DNA from: SAR202 cluster bacterium
Lineage (GTDB): Bacteria; Chloroflexota; Dehalococcoidia; Lucifugimonadales; VGZR01
NCBI GenBank assembly: GCA_016872515.1
Contig: VGZR01000001.1
Location: 80,475 to 144,474 of the forward strand
Length of the DNA: 64,000 nucleotides
Direction: 5' to 3'
Shown here piece by piece: positions 15,920-27,894 of this stretch. The position numbers and the translations under genes are program-made. Under the pieces are notes generated by a model. It saw only the letters and a program-made list of their open reading frames with translations, was not told where the DNA came from and searched no databases. The first letter of the stretch is position 1, and every line of letters starts with the position of its first letter.

Positions 15920-17062
15920 CTACTGGCCGCCGCCCATCTGAAAGAACTTGCCCTCGGTCTTGATGGAGGGCGCGACGACCACCTCGGCGCGGTGCATCTC
16001 ACGGATGTTGAACGCGCCGACCATGCCCATGCACGCGGTCAGGGCGCCCACCAGGTTCTGTGTCCCGTCGGTGCGCGACGTGGGGCCGAACAGGATTTGC
16101 TGCAGCGTCCCCTTGGTGCCAACCTTTACGCGCGTGCCACGCGGCAGCGCCGGGTGCGGCGTTGCCATCCCCCAGTTGTAGCCCTTGCCGGGGGCTTCCT
16201 GTGACTGGGCCAGCGGTGAGCCGATCATCACGGCGTCGGCGCCGCAGGCGAAGGCCTTGCACAGGTCGCCGCCGGTGCGGATGCCGCCGTCGGTGATGAT
16301 GGGGATGTACTTGCCGGTCCGGCGCATGTACTCGTCCCTAGCCGCCGCGCAGTCCAGCGTCGCCGTCACCTGGGGTACGCCCACGCCCGTGACCTCGCGC
16401 GTCGTGCAGGCCGCGCCCGGCCCAACGCCCACCAGAAGCCCGTTGATGCCCGTCTCCATCAGCTCTAGCGCGGCCCCGTAACCCACGCAGTTGCCGACGA
16501 TGACCGGCACGTTGATCATCTCCAGCAACTCGGAGAAGATGAGGCCTCGCGCGCTCTTGGAGATGTGCCGCGCGGTGGTGACGGTGGACTGGACAACGAC
16601 GAGGTCCGCGCCCGCATCCACCGCCAGCGGCGCCAGTTTCTTGGTGTTGGCGGGGGTGACCGACACGGCGCAGCGTGCGCCCGTCGCCTTGATCTCCTTC
16701 ACTCTCGTGCCCACCAGGTTCGGCTTGATGGAGGCCGAGTACGCCTTCTGCAGGGCCTCCGTGGCCTTCTCCTGCGGCGCCTGCGCGATTTCGTTCAGCA
16801 CGTCCGCGGGCTTCTCGTACCTTGTCTGGACGCCCTCCAGGTTCATCACCGCGAGGCCGCCCGCCTTCTCCATCAGCCCCGCGAACTCTGGCGAGACGAC
16901 CGCGTCCATCGCCGAGGCGATGATGGGGATGCGGAACGTCTGGCCGTTCACGGAGAAGGAGGTGTTGGTCTGGTCTGGGTTGATGGTCACGTCGCCGGGG
17001 ACGATGGCGACCTCATCGAATCCATAGACCCTGCGGAGCTCTTTGATGTGGGGAGCGGGCAT
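15920..17062 (-). CDS. GuaB3-type IMP dehydrogenase-related protein (no CBS pair)
   Basis: Start at ATG 17062 (MPAPHIKELRRVYGFDEVAIVPG) preceded by AGGAG. The ORF-track upstream extension to 17275 looks non-coding. IMPDH-fold motifs IIASAMD, VGVGPGAACTTR and IITDGGIRTGGD are present. Confidence 0.85.
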   Translation of the reverse strand: MPAPHIKELRRVYGFDEVAIVPGDVTINPDQTNTSFSVNGQTFRIPIIASAMDAVVSPEFAGLMEKAGGLAVMNLEGVQTRYEKPADVLNEIAQAPQEKATEALQKAYSASIKPNLVGTRVKEIKATGARCAVSVTPANTKKLAPLAVDAGADLVVVQSTVTTARHISKSARGLIFSELLEMINVPVIVGNCVGYGAALELMETGINGLLVGVGPGAACTTREVTGVGVPQVTATLDCAAARDEYMRRTGKYIPIITDGGIRTGGDLCKAFACGADAVMIGSPLAQSQEAPGKGYNWGMATPHPALPRGTRVKVGTKGTLQQILFGPTSRTDGTQNLVGALTACMGMVGAFNIREMHRAEVVVAPSIKTEGKFFQMGGGQ

Positions 17063-17262
17063 CTGTGACTCCTGGGGGAGCAGTGTGGCATTCCCCTCAT
17101 GGTATGCCCGCGAGGGTGGCTGGTCAATAGCGGCGTGACTTGCCGCATGATGCGCTGCGATCCCAGCGTCGGCTGTACTGACGGACGCGATGGCGCCGCC
17201 TGGCAAAGCTGTGGCATAATCGGCGTCGTAGGCTGCCCATCGCGGCAACCGGGGAGGAACGC

Positions 17263-18336
17263 ATGACGCGCGCACGGCTTCGCGACCTCGGCATCACCAT
17301 CGGGACGCTTCCAACGGGTAAGCACAACGCCATCACCGACGTCCCCGGCGTCTCCGTCGGCTTCTGCACCCTCGCCTACGACACCCCGCGCATCGCCCGT
17401 ACCGGCGTGACCGTCGTTGTGCCGCGCGACGACGGTCACTGGGACAATCACGCCTTCGCGGGCATGTTCTCATTCAACGGTTTCGGCGAAATGGTCGGCG
17501 TTCACTGGGTCGAGGAGTCTGGCCTGCTCACTGCGCCCATCGCCATCACAAACACCCACTCCGTAGGCACCGTCCGCGATGCGCTGCTACAGCACTCGGT
17601 GGAACAGTCTCTCCCCGACACCTGGTACCTGCCCGTGGTCGCCGAGACCGACGACGGCTGGCTCAACGACGCGGCGGCCTTCCACATCAAGAAGGAGCAC
17701 ACCATCACGGCGCTGCGCGCCGCCCGCTCCGGCGCAGTGGCCGAGGGCAACGTCGGCGGCGGGACAGGCATGATTTGCCACCACTTCAAGGGTGGCACGG
17801 GCACCGCTTCCCGCGTCGTCTCCTCCAAGTCGGGCAGGTTCACCGTCGGCGCGCTTGTCCAGGCGAACTATGGCGACCGCCCGTTGCTCCGGGTGGACGG
17901 CGTGCCGGTGGGCCGCGAGCTCGGGGCGGAGCGCGTCCCGCTGGCCCGGCCGGTCTATCCCCACAGCTCCATCATCGTCGTCGTGGCGACAGACGCGCCG
18001 CTTTTGGCCGGCCAGTGCAAACGGCTGGCCCGCCGCGCCACCGTGGGCCTCGCCAGGGTCGGCGGCACTGGCCACGACGCCAGCGGCGACATCTTCATCG
18101 CCTTCGCCACAGGCAACCGCGTGCCGCTGCAGTCGAACGGGTCCGTCGCCCTCAAAATGGTGCCACACGACCAGATGGACCCACTCTTCGACGGTACCGC
18201 CGAGGCGGTTGAAGAGGCCATCCTCAACGCTCTGACCGCGGCGGAGGACACGGTGGGCCAGAAGGGCAGGGTGGCACATGCACTGCCGCTTGACGACCTG
18301 AAGGCCGTGATGAAGCAGTACCGTCGGCTAGGGTAG
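17263..18336 (+). CDS. DmpA/P1-family (S58) aminopeptidase
   Basis: 357 aa. DLGITIG...NAITDVPGVSVG...TGVTVVVP...ITNTHSVG...GGGTGMICHHFKGGTGTASR matches the DmpA/BapA family layout. Confidence 0.8.
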   Translation: MTRARLRDLGITIGTLPTGKHNAITDVPGVSVGFCTLAYDTPRIARTGVTVVVPRDDGHWDNHAFAGMFSFNGFGEMVGVHWVEESGLLTAPIAITNTHSVGTVRDALLQHSVEQSLPDTWYLPVVAETDDGWLNDAAAFHIKKEHTITALRAARSGAVAEGNVGGGTGMICHHFKGGTGTASRVVSSKSGRFTVGALVQANYGDRPLLRVDGVPVGRELGAERVPLARPVYPHSSIIVVVATDAPLLAGQCKRLARRATVGLARVGGTGHDASGDIFIAFATGNRVPLQSNGSVALKMVPHDQMDPLFDGTAEAVEEAILNALTAAEDTVGQKGRVAHALPLDDLKAVMKQYRRLG

Positions 18337-18350
18337 GGTACAACTGTCCT

Positions 18351-18399
18351 CCTCTCCCCTTGCGGGAGAGGCCTATGATTTGCCTCAGGCGAATCATAG
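18351..18399. repeat. Type-2 double-hairpin element, copy upstream of queG
   Basis: Hairpin 1 is CCTCTCCC-CTTGC-GGGAGAGG (18351-18371). Hairpin 2 is a 12-bp stem CTATGATTTGCC/GGCGAATCATAG containing one T-G wobble (18373-18399). Confidence 0.65.
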
Positions 18400-18426
18400 A
18401 GCGGGGGGTATGAAGATCCGCTGACC

Positions 18427-19572
18427 ATGGGCCACCTCGAAGCCTCCATCAAAGTCTACGGTCGCTCGCTCGGCTTCGACATCGTCCGCATCGCGGACGC
18501 GAAGCCCTTCGTCCGGGATGAACAGGCCGCCTTGGAGCGGGTGCGAGGCGGCCTAATGGACGGCCTGCACTGGTACACCGAGGAGCGTGTCCGCCGCGCT
18601 GCCAACCCGGAGGTGCTGCTGCCCGGCGCCATGTCTATTGTCTCCGTCGCCATGAGCTATTTCACCGGTGACGCCGAGCGGTCCAACGGCGGGCCGACCG
18701 GCCAAGTCGCCCGCTACGCCTGGGGCGGCGAGTACCACTTGGTGATGAAGGCTAAGCTGCGCGAGCTGGCAGATGGCTTGTCGAAGCTGGCTGCTAGGCC
18801 CGTAAGGACGCGGGTGTTCGTGGACGACGGCCCGATGCTCGACCGCCCCGCAGCCGAGCGCGCAGGTGCCGGCTGGTTCGGCAAGAATACCAACATCCTG
18901 ACGCCGTCCCACGGCTCGTGGGTCTTCCTCGGCCAGGTCATAACCGACCTAGAGCTTGCCCCCGACCAGCCACTAAAGAAGACCTGCGGCAGCTGCGTCC
19001 GCTGCATCGACGCCTGCCCCACAGGCGCCATCGTCGCCCCGTACGTCATAGACAACACCCGCTGCATCTCCTTCCTCACCATCGAGCTGCGCGGCGCCAT
19101 CCCCCGCGAGCTAAGGCCGCTCGTGGGCGACTGGGTCTTCGGCTGCGACATCTGCCAGGACGTTTGCCCCGTCAACCGCAAGGCCCAGCAGAGCCTGGAA
19201 CCCGCCTTCCGGCAGCGCCACGGCTTCGCCGCACCCGCACTGCTGCCGCTGCTGGAGTTGGACGACGAGGCGTTCCGCCAACGATTCGCTGACAGTCCCA
19301 TAAAACGCGCCAAGCGCGCCGGTCTGCAGCGCAACGTCTGTGTCACCCTTGGCAACATCGGCGACCCCGTCGCAGTGCCCGCTCTGGTAAAGGCATTGCG
19401 CCAGAACCCGGACGCCCTCGTTCGCCAGCACGCTGCCTGGGCTCTGGGCCGTATCGGCGGCATGGAGGCCGCACAGGCGCTGCGCGAAGCCCTTGAGCGC
19501 GAGCAGGACGCGGCCGTTCTTGAGGAAGTCAAGCTGTCTCTGTCTGACCTGGGGGTACATGCACAGTCTTGA
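18427..19572 (+). CDS. queG: tRNA epoxyqueuosine(34) reductase
   Basis: 381 aa. GWFGKNTNIL, ferredoxin-type CGSCVRCIDACPTGA and CDICQDVCPVN motifs, and C-terminal HEAT-like repeats (GNIGDPVAVPALVKAL...AAWALGRIG). Confidence 0.9.
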   Translation: MGHLEASIKVYGRSLGFDIVRIADAKPFVRDEQAALERVRGGLMDGLHWYTEERVRRAANPEVLLPGAMSIVSVAMSYFTGDAERSNGGPTGQVARYAWGGEYHLVMKAKLRELADGLSKLAARPVRTRVFVDDGPMLDRPAAERAGAGWFGKNTNILTPSHGSWVFLGQVITDLELAPDQPLKKTCGSCVRCIDACPTGAIVAPYVIDNTRCISFLTIELRGAIPRELRPLVGDWVFGCDICQDVCPVNRKAQQSLEPAFRQRHGFAAPALLPLLELDDEAFRQRFADSPIKRAKRAGLQRNVCVTLGNIGDPVAVPALVKALRQNPDALVRQHAAWALGRIGGMEAAQALREALEREQDAAVLEEVKLSLSDLGVHAQS

Positions 19573-19590
19573 AAGGAAAGCGCACGTCGT

Positions 19591-19641
19591 CCTCTCCCCT
19601 TTTGGCAGAGGTCTTTGGCCTCGAGTCATCGAGGCCAAAAG
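19591..19641. repeat. Type-2 double-hairpin element, copy downstream of queG
   Basis: Shares GTCCTCTCCCCTT with the 18346-18361 copy. Has a degenerate first hairpin (19591-19611) and a strong second hairpin CTTTGGCCTCGA-GTCA-TCGAGGCCAAAAG (19613-19641). Confidence 0.55.
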
Positions 19642-19674
19642 GTGAGGGGGTGAGGAAGGTTTTAGGAGACATTT

Positions 19675-20445
19675 GTGCAAGGCAAGGTCTATCTCATCAA
19701 CGTCGGCGCCAACGCCAGCCAGCGCTTCTGCAGCCCGCTGTTCTCCGATGGCACCTTCGAGTTCCTCCCCATCCCCGAAGACCGCACTTTACCTGGCGCG
19801 TACGCCGTCCGCTACCGAGACCTGCGCTCCCACTACGACGCCTCCAGGTCCCTCGCGCCTTTCGTGCCTGCCCGCCTGCTGGACTGGCCCGCGCACAACG
19901 ACCCGGAATTCCACACCTTCACCTACGGCGACAACTGCGAGACCAGCCCCAGGGCTGCGTCCCTCAAGAGCGTCGAGCGTGACGACAGCCTACTCTTCAT
20001 CGCCCGCCTGTGTCCCTGGGACGACGGCAGGCCCACCCACCGGCACGGCTTCTACTTCGTAGGGTTTCTCGAGGTCAGGGAGGTGCTTCGCGACGTGCGG
20101 GCCAAGCCCAGCCAGTCCACGCTCAAGCGCTTCCGCAACAACGCCCATTTCCGCCGCGGCCTGAGCGACCCGGCGCTGTGGGACCGGTTCTGGGTCTTCC
20201 GAGGCTCCACCCGCTCCCTACGCTTCGCCAGGGCGGTGCACGTCACGAGGGCGCTGGCGGAGCGTCTCTTCACCGCCGCAGCCGGCGGGCCATGGCAGTG
20301 GGGCAACGGCCGCACCGAATTGCAGACCATCGGCTCCTACACCCGCAGCTGCCGCTGCGTCCTCGACCCGACGCTGCCCGGCCACGCTGAACGGATACGG
20401 GCCTTATGGGAGTGGGTTGAGCGGCACGCTGGAGCGCCTTCGTAA
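19675..20445 (+). CDS. Conserved-looking hypothetical protein (no domain recognised)
   Basis: 256 aa. GTG start lies 6 nt after AGGAG. Coding-like composition. Notable segments are KVYLINVGAN, FEFLPIPE, LLFIARL and HGFYFVGFLEV. Confidence 0.6.
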   Translation: MQGKVYLINVGANASQRFCSPLFSDGTFEFLPIPEDRTLPGAYAVRYRDLRSHYDASRSLAPFVPARLLDWPAHNDPEFHTFTYGDNCETSPRAASLKSVERDDSLLFIARLCPWDDGRPTHRHGFYFVGFLEVREVLRDVRAKPSQSTLKRFRNNAHFRRGLSDPALWDRFWVFRGSTRSLRFARAVHVTRALAERLFTAAAGGPWQWGNGRTELQTIGSYTRSCRCVLDPTLPGHAERIRALWEWVERHAGAPS

Positions 20446-20482
20446 CGGGCTATAATAGACACTAGCCGCGCTCAGGCACCGT

Positions 20483-20566
20483 GGGGAAGTGGCGGAATGG
20501 CAGACGCGCAAGACTTAGGATCTTGTGCCGTAAGGCGTGGGAGTTCAAATCTCCCCTTCCCCACCA
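20483..20566 (+). tRNA. tRNA-Leu (anticodon UAG), type II with long variable arm, CCA encoded
   Basis: Hand-folded. Acceptor GGGGAAG/CTTCCCC, D stem GCG/CGC, anticodon stem CAAGA/TCTTG with loop CTTAGGA, variable arm GCC-GTAA-GGC, T arm GGGAG-TTCAAAT-CTCCC, discriminator A plus CCA. Confidence 0.93.
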
Positions 20567-20775
20567 CATTGTCGGGTATGTCCTCGTTCTCGAATTAATA
20601 CAGCGGCGGCGACTGAAGGACGCTTTCGTGTTATACTGTCCGGAAGCGTATAACTCGGCGGCCCGCCATTTCGGCTGGTCAGACACAGACCACTTACCCT
20701 GTTCTCACCTCCTTAAGACCCGCGCTGACCGACTAATCTGGGATTTCCCATACGCATCGAAGGAGTCAGCGCGTC

Positions 20776-22188
20776 ATGGTTTCTACCCTTATTACCTGTC
20801 CCGATTGTGGACAAGAGTTCTTGCCCACCTCTAACGGGCGGGGTTCTCAAAACGGCGTTCCCCACGCCGGCAGTCCACCCCAGTGTCCAGCTTGCCAGAA
20901 CGGCAAGCGTTCGTTCGCCGATTTCAAGCTGCATCCGGCGACCACCGCCGCCATCGCCGCGATGGGCATCACAGCGCCCACCCCTGTCCAGTCGCAGGCC
21001 CTCCCCGCGCTCCTTGCCGGCAAGGACGTCATCGGGCAGGCACGGACCGGTTCCGGAAAGACCCTCGCCTTCGCCGTCCCCATCGTGGAGCGGTGCGTCC
21101 CGAACAGCCGTGGCGTTCAGGCGCTCGTCCTTGTCCCGACGCGGGAGCTGGCCGTTCAGGTCGGCGAGGTCGTCGGGCGGCTAGCCGCGGCCCGTCGCCT
21201 GCGGCTCTCCCTGCTCTTCGGCGGCCGGTCGCTCCGCCCCGAGGCCCAGGCCTTGGCGAGGGGTGTGGATATCGTCGTCGGTACACCGGGACGCACCCTC
21301 GACCATCTGCGCCAGGGGACCCTGTCCCTCGGCCAAGTGAAGCTCCTGGTGCTCGACGAGGGAGATGAGATGCTCGACCAGGGGTTCGCGCCTGACGTGG
21401 AACGCATCCTCTCGAAGACGCCTGCCGCCCGGCAGACCGCCATCTTCTCGGCAACGATACCCGCCTGGGTCGGCCAGATGGTGGCCCGCCACACGCGCAA
21501 CCCCGTGCAAGTACGGATAGACACCGACGCTCAGTCGCCGCCCGAGATCCAGCACGTGGTCTATGAGGTCGAACCGGCGCGCAAGTTCGACGCCCTCTGC
21601 ACCCTCCTCGACCAGCGGGGAGACGGTGCCATCCTCGTGTTCGGCCGCACCAAGCGAGGCGTACAGAAGCTCGCGCGCCAGCTCGGCGCGCTTGGCTACT
21701 CCGTCGTGGCCCTCCAAGGGAACCTCGGCCAGCAGGCCCGCCTCCGTGCCATGGCCGACTTCCGCGCCGGCGTCGTGCCCGTCATGGTCGCGACGAACGT
21801 CGCGGCGCGCGGACTCGACGTGGCGGACATAGACCAGGTCATCAACTACGAACTGCCGGAGTCCGAGAGGCTCTTTGTGCACCGCGTGGGCCGCACCGGC
21901 CGCATGGGGCGTGAGGGCCTCGCCATCACCTTCATCACGCCGGATGACAACACAAAGTGGCGTCAGATCGAGCGTGCGTTGGGACGCCGCTTCCTGCGTA
22001 AGAGTTGGCCCGGACAGCGGCCGGAGATTGGCGCGAACGGCGCCAGGACGGCTACCGTGCCTGCGGCTACCGTGCCTGCGGCATCGCCGCGGAGTCCGCG
22101 CCCATCCGATAGCAGGCCCTCTCATCGTTCACCGCTCCCCGTTCCCTGGGTCGGCGCTCCGCGAACCACTGTCCACCCTACACGATAG
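20776..22188 (+). CDS. DEAD-box-family RNA helicase with N-terminal Zn-ribbon and variant motif II (DEGD)
   Basis: 470 aa. CPDC...CPAC lies in the first 40 aa. Has Q motif, motif I ARTGSGKT, Ia PTRELA, II VLDEGDEM, III SAT and VI HRVGRTGR, plus a Pro/Ser/Arg-rich tail. Confidence 0.9.
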   Translation: MVSTLITCPDCGQEFLPTSNGRGSQNGVPHAGSPPQCPACQNGKRSFADFKLHPATTAAIAAMGITAPTPVQSQALPALLAGKDVIGQARTGSGKTLAFAVPIVERCVPNSRGVQALVLVPTRELAVQVGEVVGRLAAARRLRLSLLFGGRSLRPEAQALARGVDIVVGTPGRTLDHLRQGTLSLGQVKLLVLDEGDEMLDQGFAPDVERILSKTPAARQTAIFSATIPAWVGQMVARHTRNPVQVRIDTDAQSPPEIQHVVYEVEPARKFDALCTLLDQRGDGAILVFGRTKRGVQKLARQLGALGYSVVALQGNLGQQARLRAMADFRAGVVPVMVATNVAARGLDVADIDQVINYELPESERLFVHRVGRTGRMGREGLAITFITPDDNTKWRQIERALGRRFLRKSWPGQRPEIGANGARTATVPAATVPAASPRSPRPSDSRPSHRSPLPVPWVGAPRTTVHPTR

Positions 22189-22242
22189 CCACTGCTGGAG
22201 ATAGGTGCCGGTTGCCCGCAGGCTGAAGAGGCAGGGCTTCTT

Positions 22243-23670
22243 CTAAGCCTCGCTCCGCAGCGACTCCCAGAGATACGTAGCCGCGAGCGACCGCCACGGG
22301 CGCCACCGCTCCGCCATACGGTCGAGGTCGTCTGTGGAGATAGCGGGCTGTCCAAGCGCCCGCGCCGCCGCCTTCCGCAGACCGAGATCGCTGGCCGGGA
22401 ATGCGTCCAGGTGGCCGTACACACGCATCGCCAGCATGTTCGCCGTCCACGGCCCGACCCCCGGCAGCGCCTGGAGCCGCTGGAGCAGCGTCGGCAGGTC
22501 GCTGGCGTCGTAGAGGTTCAGCGACCTGTCGGCCACGGCGCGTGCGAACAGCCGCATGGACGACGCCCGTGCCAGCGGGACTCCCACCTCGAAAATGTCA
22601 GCGACCGCTAGGCGCTCCGCCGATGGGAACAGGTAGCCGAGGCCGAACTCGCCGAGTCCTGGCACCGGCGTGCCGAACCGCTGCGCGATGCGGCCTGAGA
22701 GCGTGGACGCCGCCTGGACTGAGACCTGCTGCCCCAGGATGATGCGGATGGCGGTCTCGAATCGGTCCCAGGCGCCGGGGAGGGTGATGCTGGGTCTTTG
22801 GCAGATGAGCGGCGCCATCAAAGAGTCGCTGGAAAGGGAACCCCGGCCCTCGTACAGGTCCATGTCGAGGCCGAGCAGCCGCCGACAGCGGGCCACGTCG
22901 TCCACCAGGTTGGCGAACGTCGGCAGGTGCGCCACGACCTCCAGATTAGCGCCGTCGGATGCAGCGGAAACCTCGAACACTCCTGTGTAACCGCAGGTGT
23001 TCGTCACGCGGCGATAGACGCCTCCGTCCACCGACTCCACCTGCGGTGTCGCCCTCAGCGCCAGGAACCCGAGCATCGCGGGGAAGTCAAAACCGGACGG
23101 GTGCGGTATCCGCAGCCGCAGGCCGCCGTCGGCGACCAACCGGCTCACCGCCCGCCGTTTCGCCCGCAGCTCCACCGGAGAGAATCTGAACACCTCACGC
23201 ATGACCCGGTTCATCTGGCGGACGCTCCGGAAGCCTGCCGCCTCCGCGATGGCGTCCACCGGCAGGTCGGACTCGTCCAGCAGCCGACGGGCGAAGTGCG
23301 CCCGCTTGGAGCGGGCCACCAGCGCCGGCGTCGCGCCGACATGCTCGGCAAACAGCCGACGGAGCTGCCGCGGGCTGATGCCGATACGCCGCCCAAGAGC
23401 CGTCTCGCCGCTATGGTCGAGCGCGCCGTCGCTGATGAGCATCAGCGCCTGCTTGACGACTCCAGGCGTGGCGCCATCGAGCAACTCGTTCTGCCGTCTG
23501 CCGGGGCGGCACTTGAGGCATGGCCGGTAGCCTGCCGCCTCGGCTGCCATGGCGGACGGGTAGGTCGAGCAGTTTGCAGGCAGCGGCCGCGCAACGCAGT
23601 CCGCCTGGCAGTAGATACCGGTCGTCGCGACCGCGTTCACCTCTCTACGGCTCAGGGCTAACGTGCTCAT
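22243..23670 (-). CDS. Ada-type regulator fused to AlkA DNA-3-methyladenine glycosylase II (Ada Zn domain, AraC HTH, AlkA_N, HhH-GPD)
   Basis: Start taken at ATG 23670 (MSTLALS); the ORF track extends to 23721. Has YCQADC...GYRPCLKCRP (Ada Zn site), an AraC-type HTH (ISPRQLRRLFAEHVG) and a C-terminal HhH-GPD region (LQALPGVGPWTANM). Confidence 0.85.
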   Translation of the reverse strand: MSTLALSRREVNAVATTGIYCQADCVARPLPANCSTYPSAMAAEAAGYRPCLKCRPGRRQNELLDGATPGVVKQALMLISDGALDHSGETALGRRIGISPRQLRRLFAEHVGATPALVARSKRAHFARRLLDESDLPVDAIAEAAGFRSVRQMNRVMREVFRFSPVELRAKRRAVSRLVADGGLRLRIPHPSGFDFPAMLGFLALRATPQVESVDGGVYRRVTNTCGYTGVFEVSAASDGANLEVVAHLPTFANLVDDVARCRRLLGLDMDLYEGRGSLSSDSLMAPLICQRPSITLPGAWDRFETAIRIILGQQVSVQAASTLSGRIAQRFGTPVPGLGEFGLGYLFPSAERLAVADIFEVGVPLARASSMRLFARAVADRSLNLYDASDLPTLLQRLQALPGVGPWTANMLAMRVYGHLDAFPASDLGLRKAAARALGQPAISTDDLDRMAERWRPWRSLAATYLWESLRSEA

Positions 23671-23819
23671 GGGACCCCTTTTGAAGGGGTGGTTGGTAGA
23701 AGAGTGGACAATTCCGGACATGATATACCCGCTGGTGAAAACGTGTCCGGTTGTGGCCAGGCTTGCACCTTTCTGGAGCCTATGTTTGACTCGGATTCAC
23801 TAACCTAAGGTGGCACCAG

Positions 23820-24335
23820 ATGCTCACACAACGCTACTACACGACTCGTTTGGAGAGCCCGGTGGGGGCCCCGACCCTCGTCGCCAGCGGCGCTGGGCTT
23901 CGCGCGGAGTTATGGCCCAGCGACACGGCTGAAGGTGTTTCCCTGCCACCGTACATCGTGGCCTCCGACTCCTATCCCGTTCTCCAGGCGGCGCGGAGGC
24001 AGCTTACCGAGTACTTCGCTGGTGGGCGGACCTCGTTCGACATCCCGCTCGACCTTCATGGCACCGATTTTCAGCGGAGGGTATGGCGTGCCCTCGCGTC
24101 CGTCCCGTATGGCCGCACCGCGACCTACGCCGAGCAGGCGGCGCGGATAGGCAGGCCCAGCGCGGTCAGGGTTGTGGGCGCGGCCAACGGCCGTAACCCG
24201 GTCTCCATCATCCTGCCCTGCCACCGCGTAGTGGGAAAAGATGGCGGGCTGGTCGGGTATGCCGCCGGACTCGGAGTGAAGCGGTGGCTGCTGGAGCACG
24301 AGCGGGCGAATGCGCACCGATTTGAGAATGTATAG
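23820..24335 (+). CDS. ogt: Methylated-DNA--protein-cysteine methyltransferase
   Basis: 171 aa. Active site IILPCHRVVG. Upstream YGRTATYAEQA...AVGAANGRNP. Divergent from the ada/alkA gene. Confidence 0.92.
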   Translation: MLTQRYYTTRLESPVGAPTLVASGAGLRAELWPSDTAEGVSLPPYIVASDSYPVLQAARRQLTEYFAGGRTSFDIPLDLHGTDFQRRVWRALASVPYGRTATYAEQAARIGRPSAVRVVGAANGRNPVSIILPCHRVVGKDGGLVGYAAGLGVKRWLLEHERANAHRFENV

Positions 24336-24362
24336 AAAATCCGATGGCTCGGTGGAAATAGA

Positions 24363-24393
24363 ACAGAGGCCGCCCCGGTCGGGCGGCCTCTGT
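24363..24393. terminator. Bidirectional hairpin between convergent ogt and the osmC-like gene
   Basis: 13-bp perfect stem ACAGAGGCCGCCC / GGGCGGCCTCTGT with loop CGGTC. Confidence 0.55.
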
Positions 24394-24418
24394 CGTTCTA
24401 CTGAGAAACTGCCTCTCG

Positions 24419-24862
24419 TTACTTTGCCAGCGTTGCCTCGACCGACAGGGCGACGTTGCCCTTGAGGGCCTGGGAGATGGGACAGCCGTCCTTGGCGCCC
24501 TCGGCGGCCTTCTTGAACGCCGCGTCGTCGGCGCCGGGCACCGTCCCCTTCACCTTGATGGTACTGGAGGTGACACGCCATCCGGCCTCGACCTTGTCGA
24601 AGGTCACGGCCACGCTGACCTCTAGCTTTTTGGGCGGCGTGCCCGCGCGGGCAAGCCCCGCCGACAGCGCCATCGCGTAGCAACTCGCGTGGGCCGAGGC
24701 CAGCAGCTCCTCTGGGCTGGTCTTGCCGCCGGAGGCCTCCGTGCGCGTCGCCCACGACACGGGCAACCTCTTGAACAGCCCGCTTGTCCCCGCTGTCACT
24801 ACGCCATTGCCGGAGAGCAGGTCGCCCTCCCACGTCACTTCAGCAGTCCGTACCGCAGCCAT
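24419..24862 (-). CDS. OsmC/Ohr-family peroxiredoxin-like protein
   Basis: 147 aa. Typical OsmC pattern (PEELLASAHASCYAMAL ... DGCPISQAL) with two conserved Cys. Confidence 0.85.
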   Translation of the reverse strand: MAAVRTAEVTWEGDLLSGNGVVTAGTSGLFKRLPVSWATRTEASGGKTSPEELLASAHASCYAMALSAGLARAGTPPKKLEVSVAVTFDKVEAGWRVTSSTIKVKGTVPGADDAAFKKAAEGAKDGCPISQALKGNVALSVEATLAK

Positions 24863-24988
24863 GTCGCCTCCTCGTCAATGTTTCGTGTCACCGTACCGCG
24901 GAATAGTGCGGAAGGGCATCTTACCACACCCCGTCTGCGGCTTTGCAATCGGCTTGAGGCATACCTACCCCTATGCTAGCATGGCTCT

Positions 24989-27726
<2,738 letters not shown>

Positions 27727-27859
27727 TTCTAAATGCTCCCAAGAAGCTCGTTCTCATGGTGCCGCCAGCCTGGAGTGTGCTCTATTGATACTGACGGAAG
27801 GAGGATAGAACTCGTTCCACCAACGCACAGCCGTTTTCCCTAGCTTGCGGCTGCCTTCG

Positions 27860-27888
27860 TTGACACTGCGGTGGCCGTCGCCTACCAT
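27860..27888 (+). promoter_or_regulatory. Sigma-70-type promoter of the SRP RNA gene
   Basis: TTGACA (27860-27865), 17-nt spacer, TACCAT (27883-27888). The predicted start near 27895 coincides with the first base of the SRP RNA terminal helix. Confidence 0.55.
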
Positions 27889-27894
27889 GAACAT

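Noticed and set aside
20567-20775. Integration scar at the 3' side of tRNA-Leu (lower-GC stretch).
   Set aside because: By eye there is no integrase and no duplicated copy of the tRNA 3' end downstream. The stretch is more simply the long leader and promoter of the DEAD-box helicase gene.
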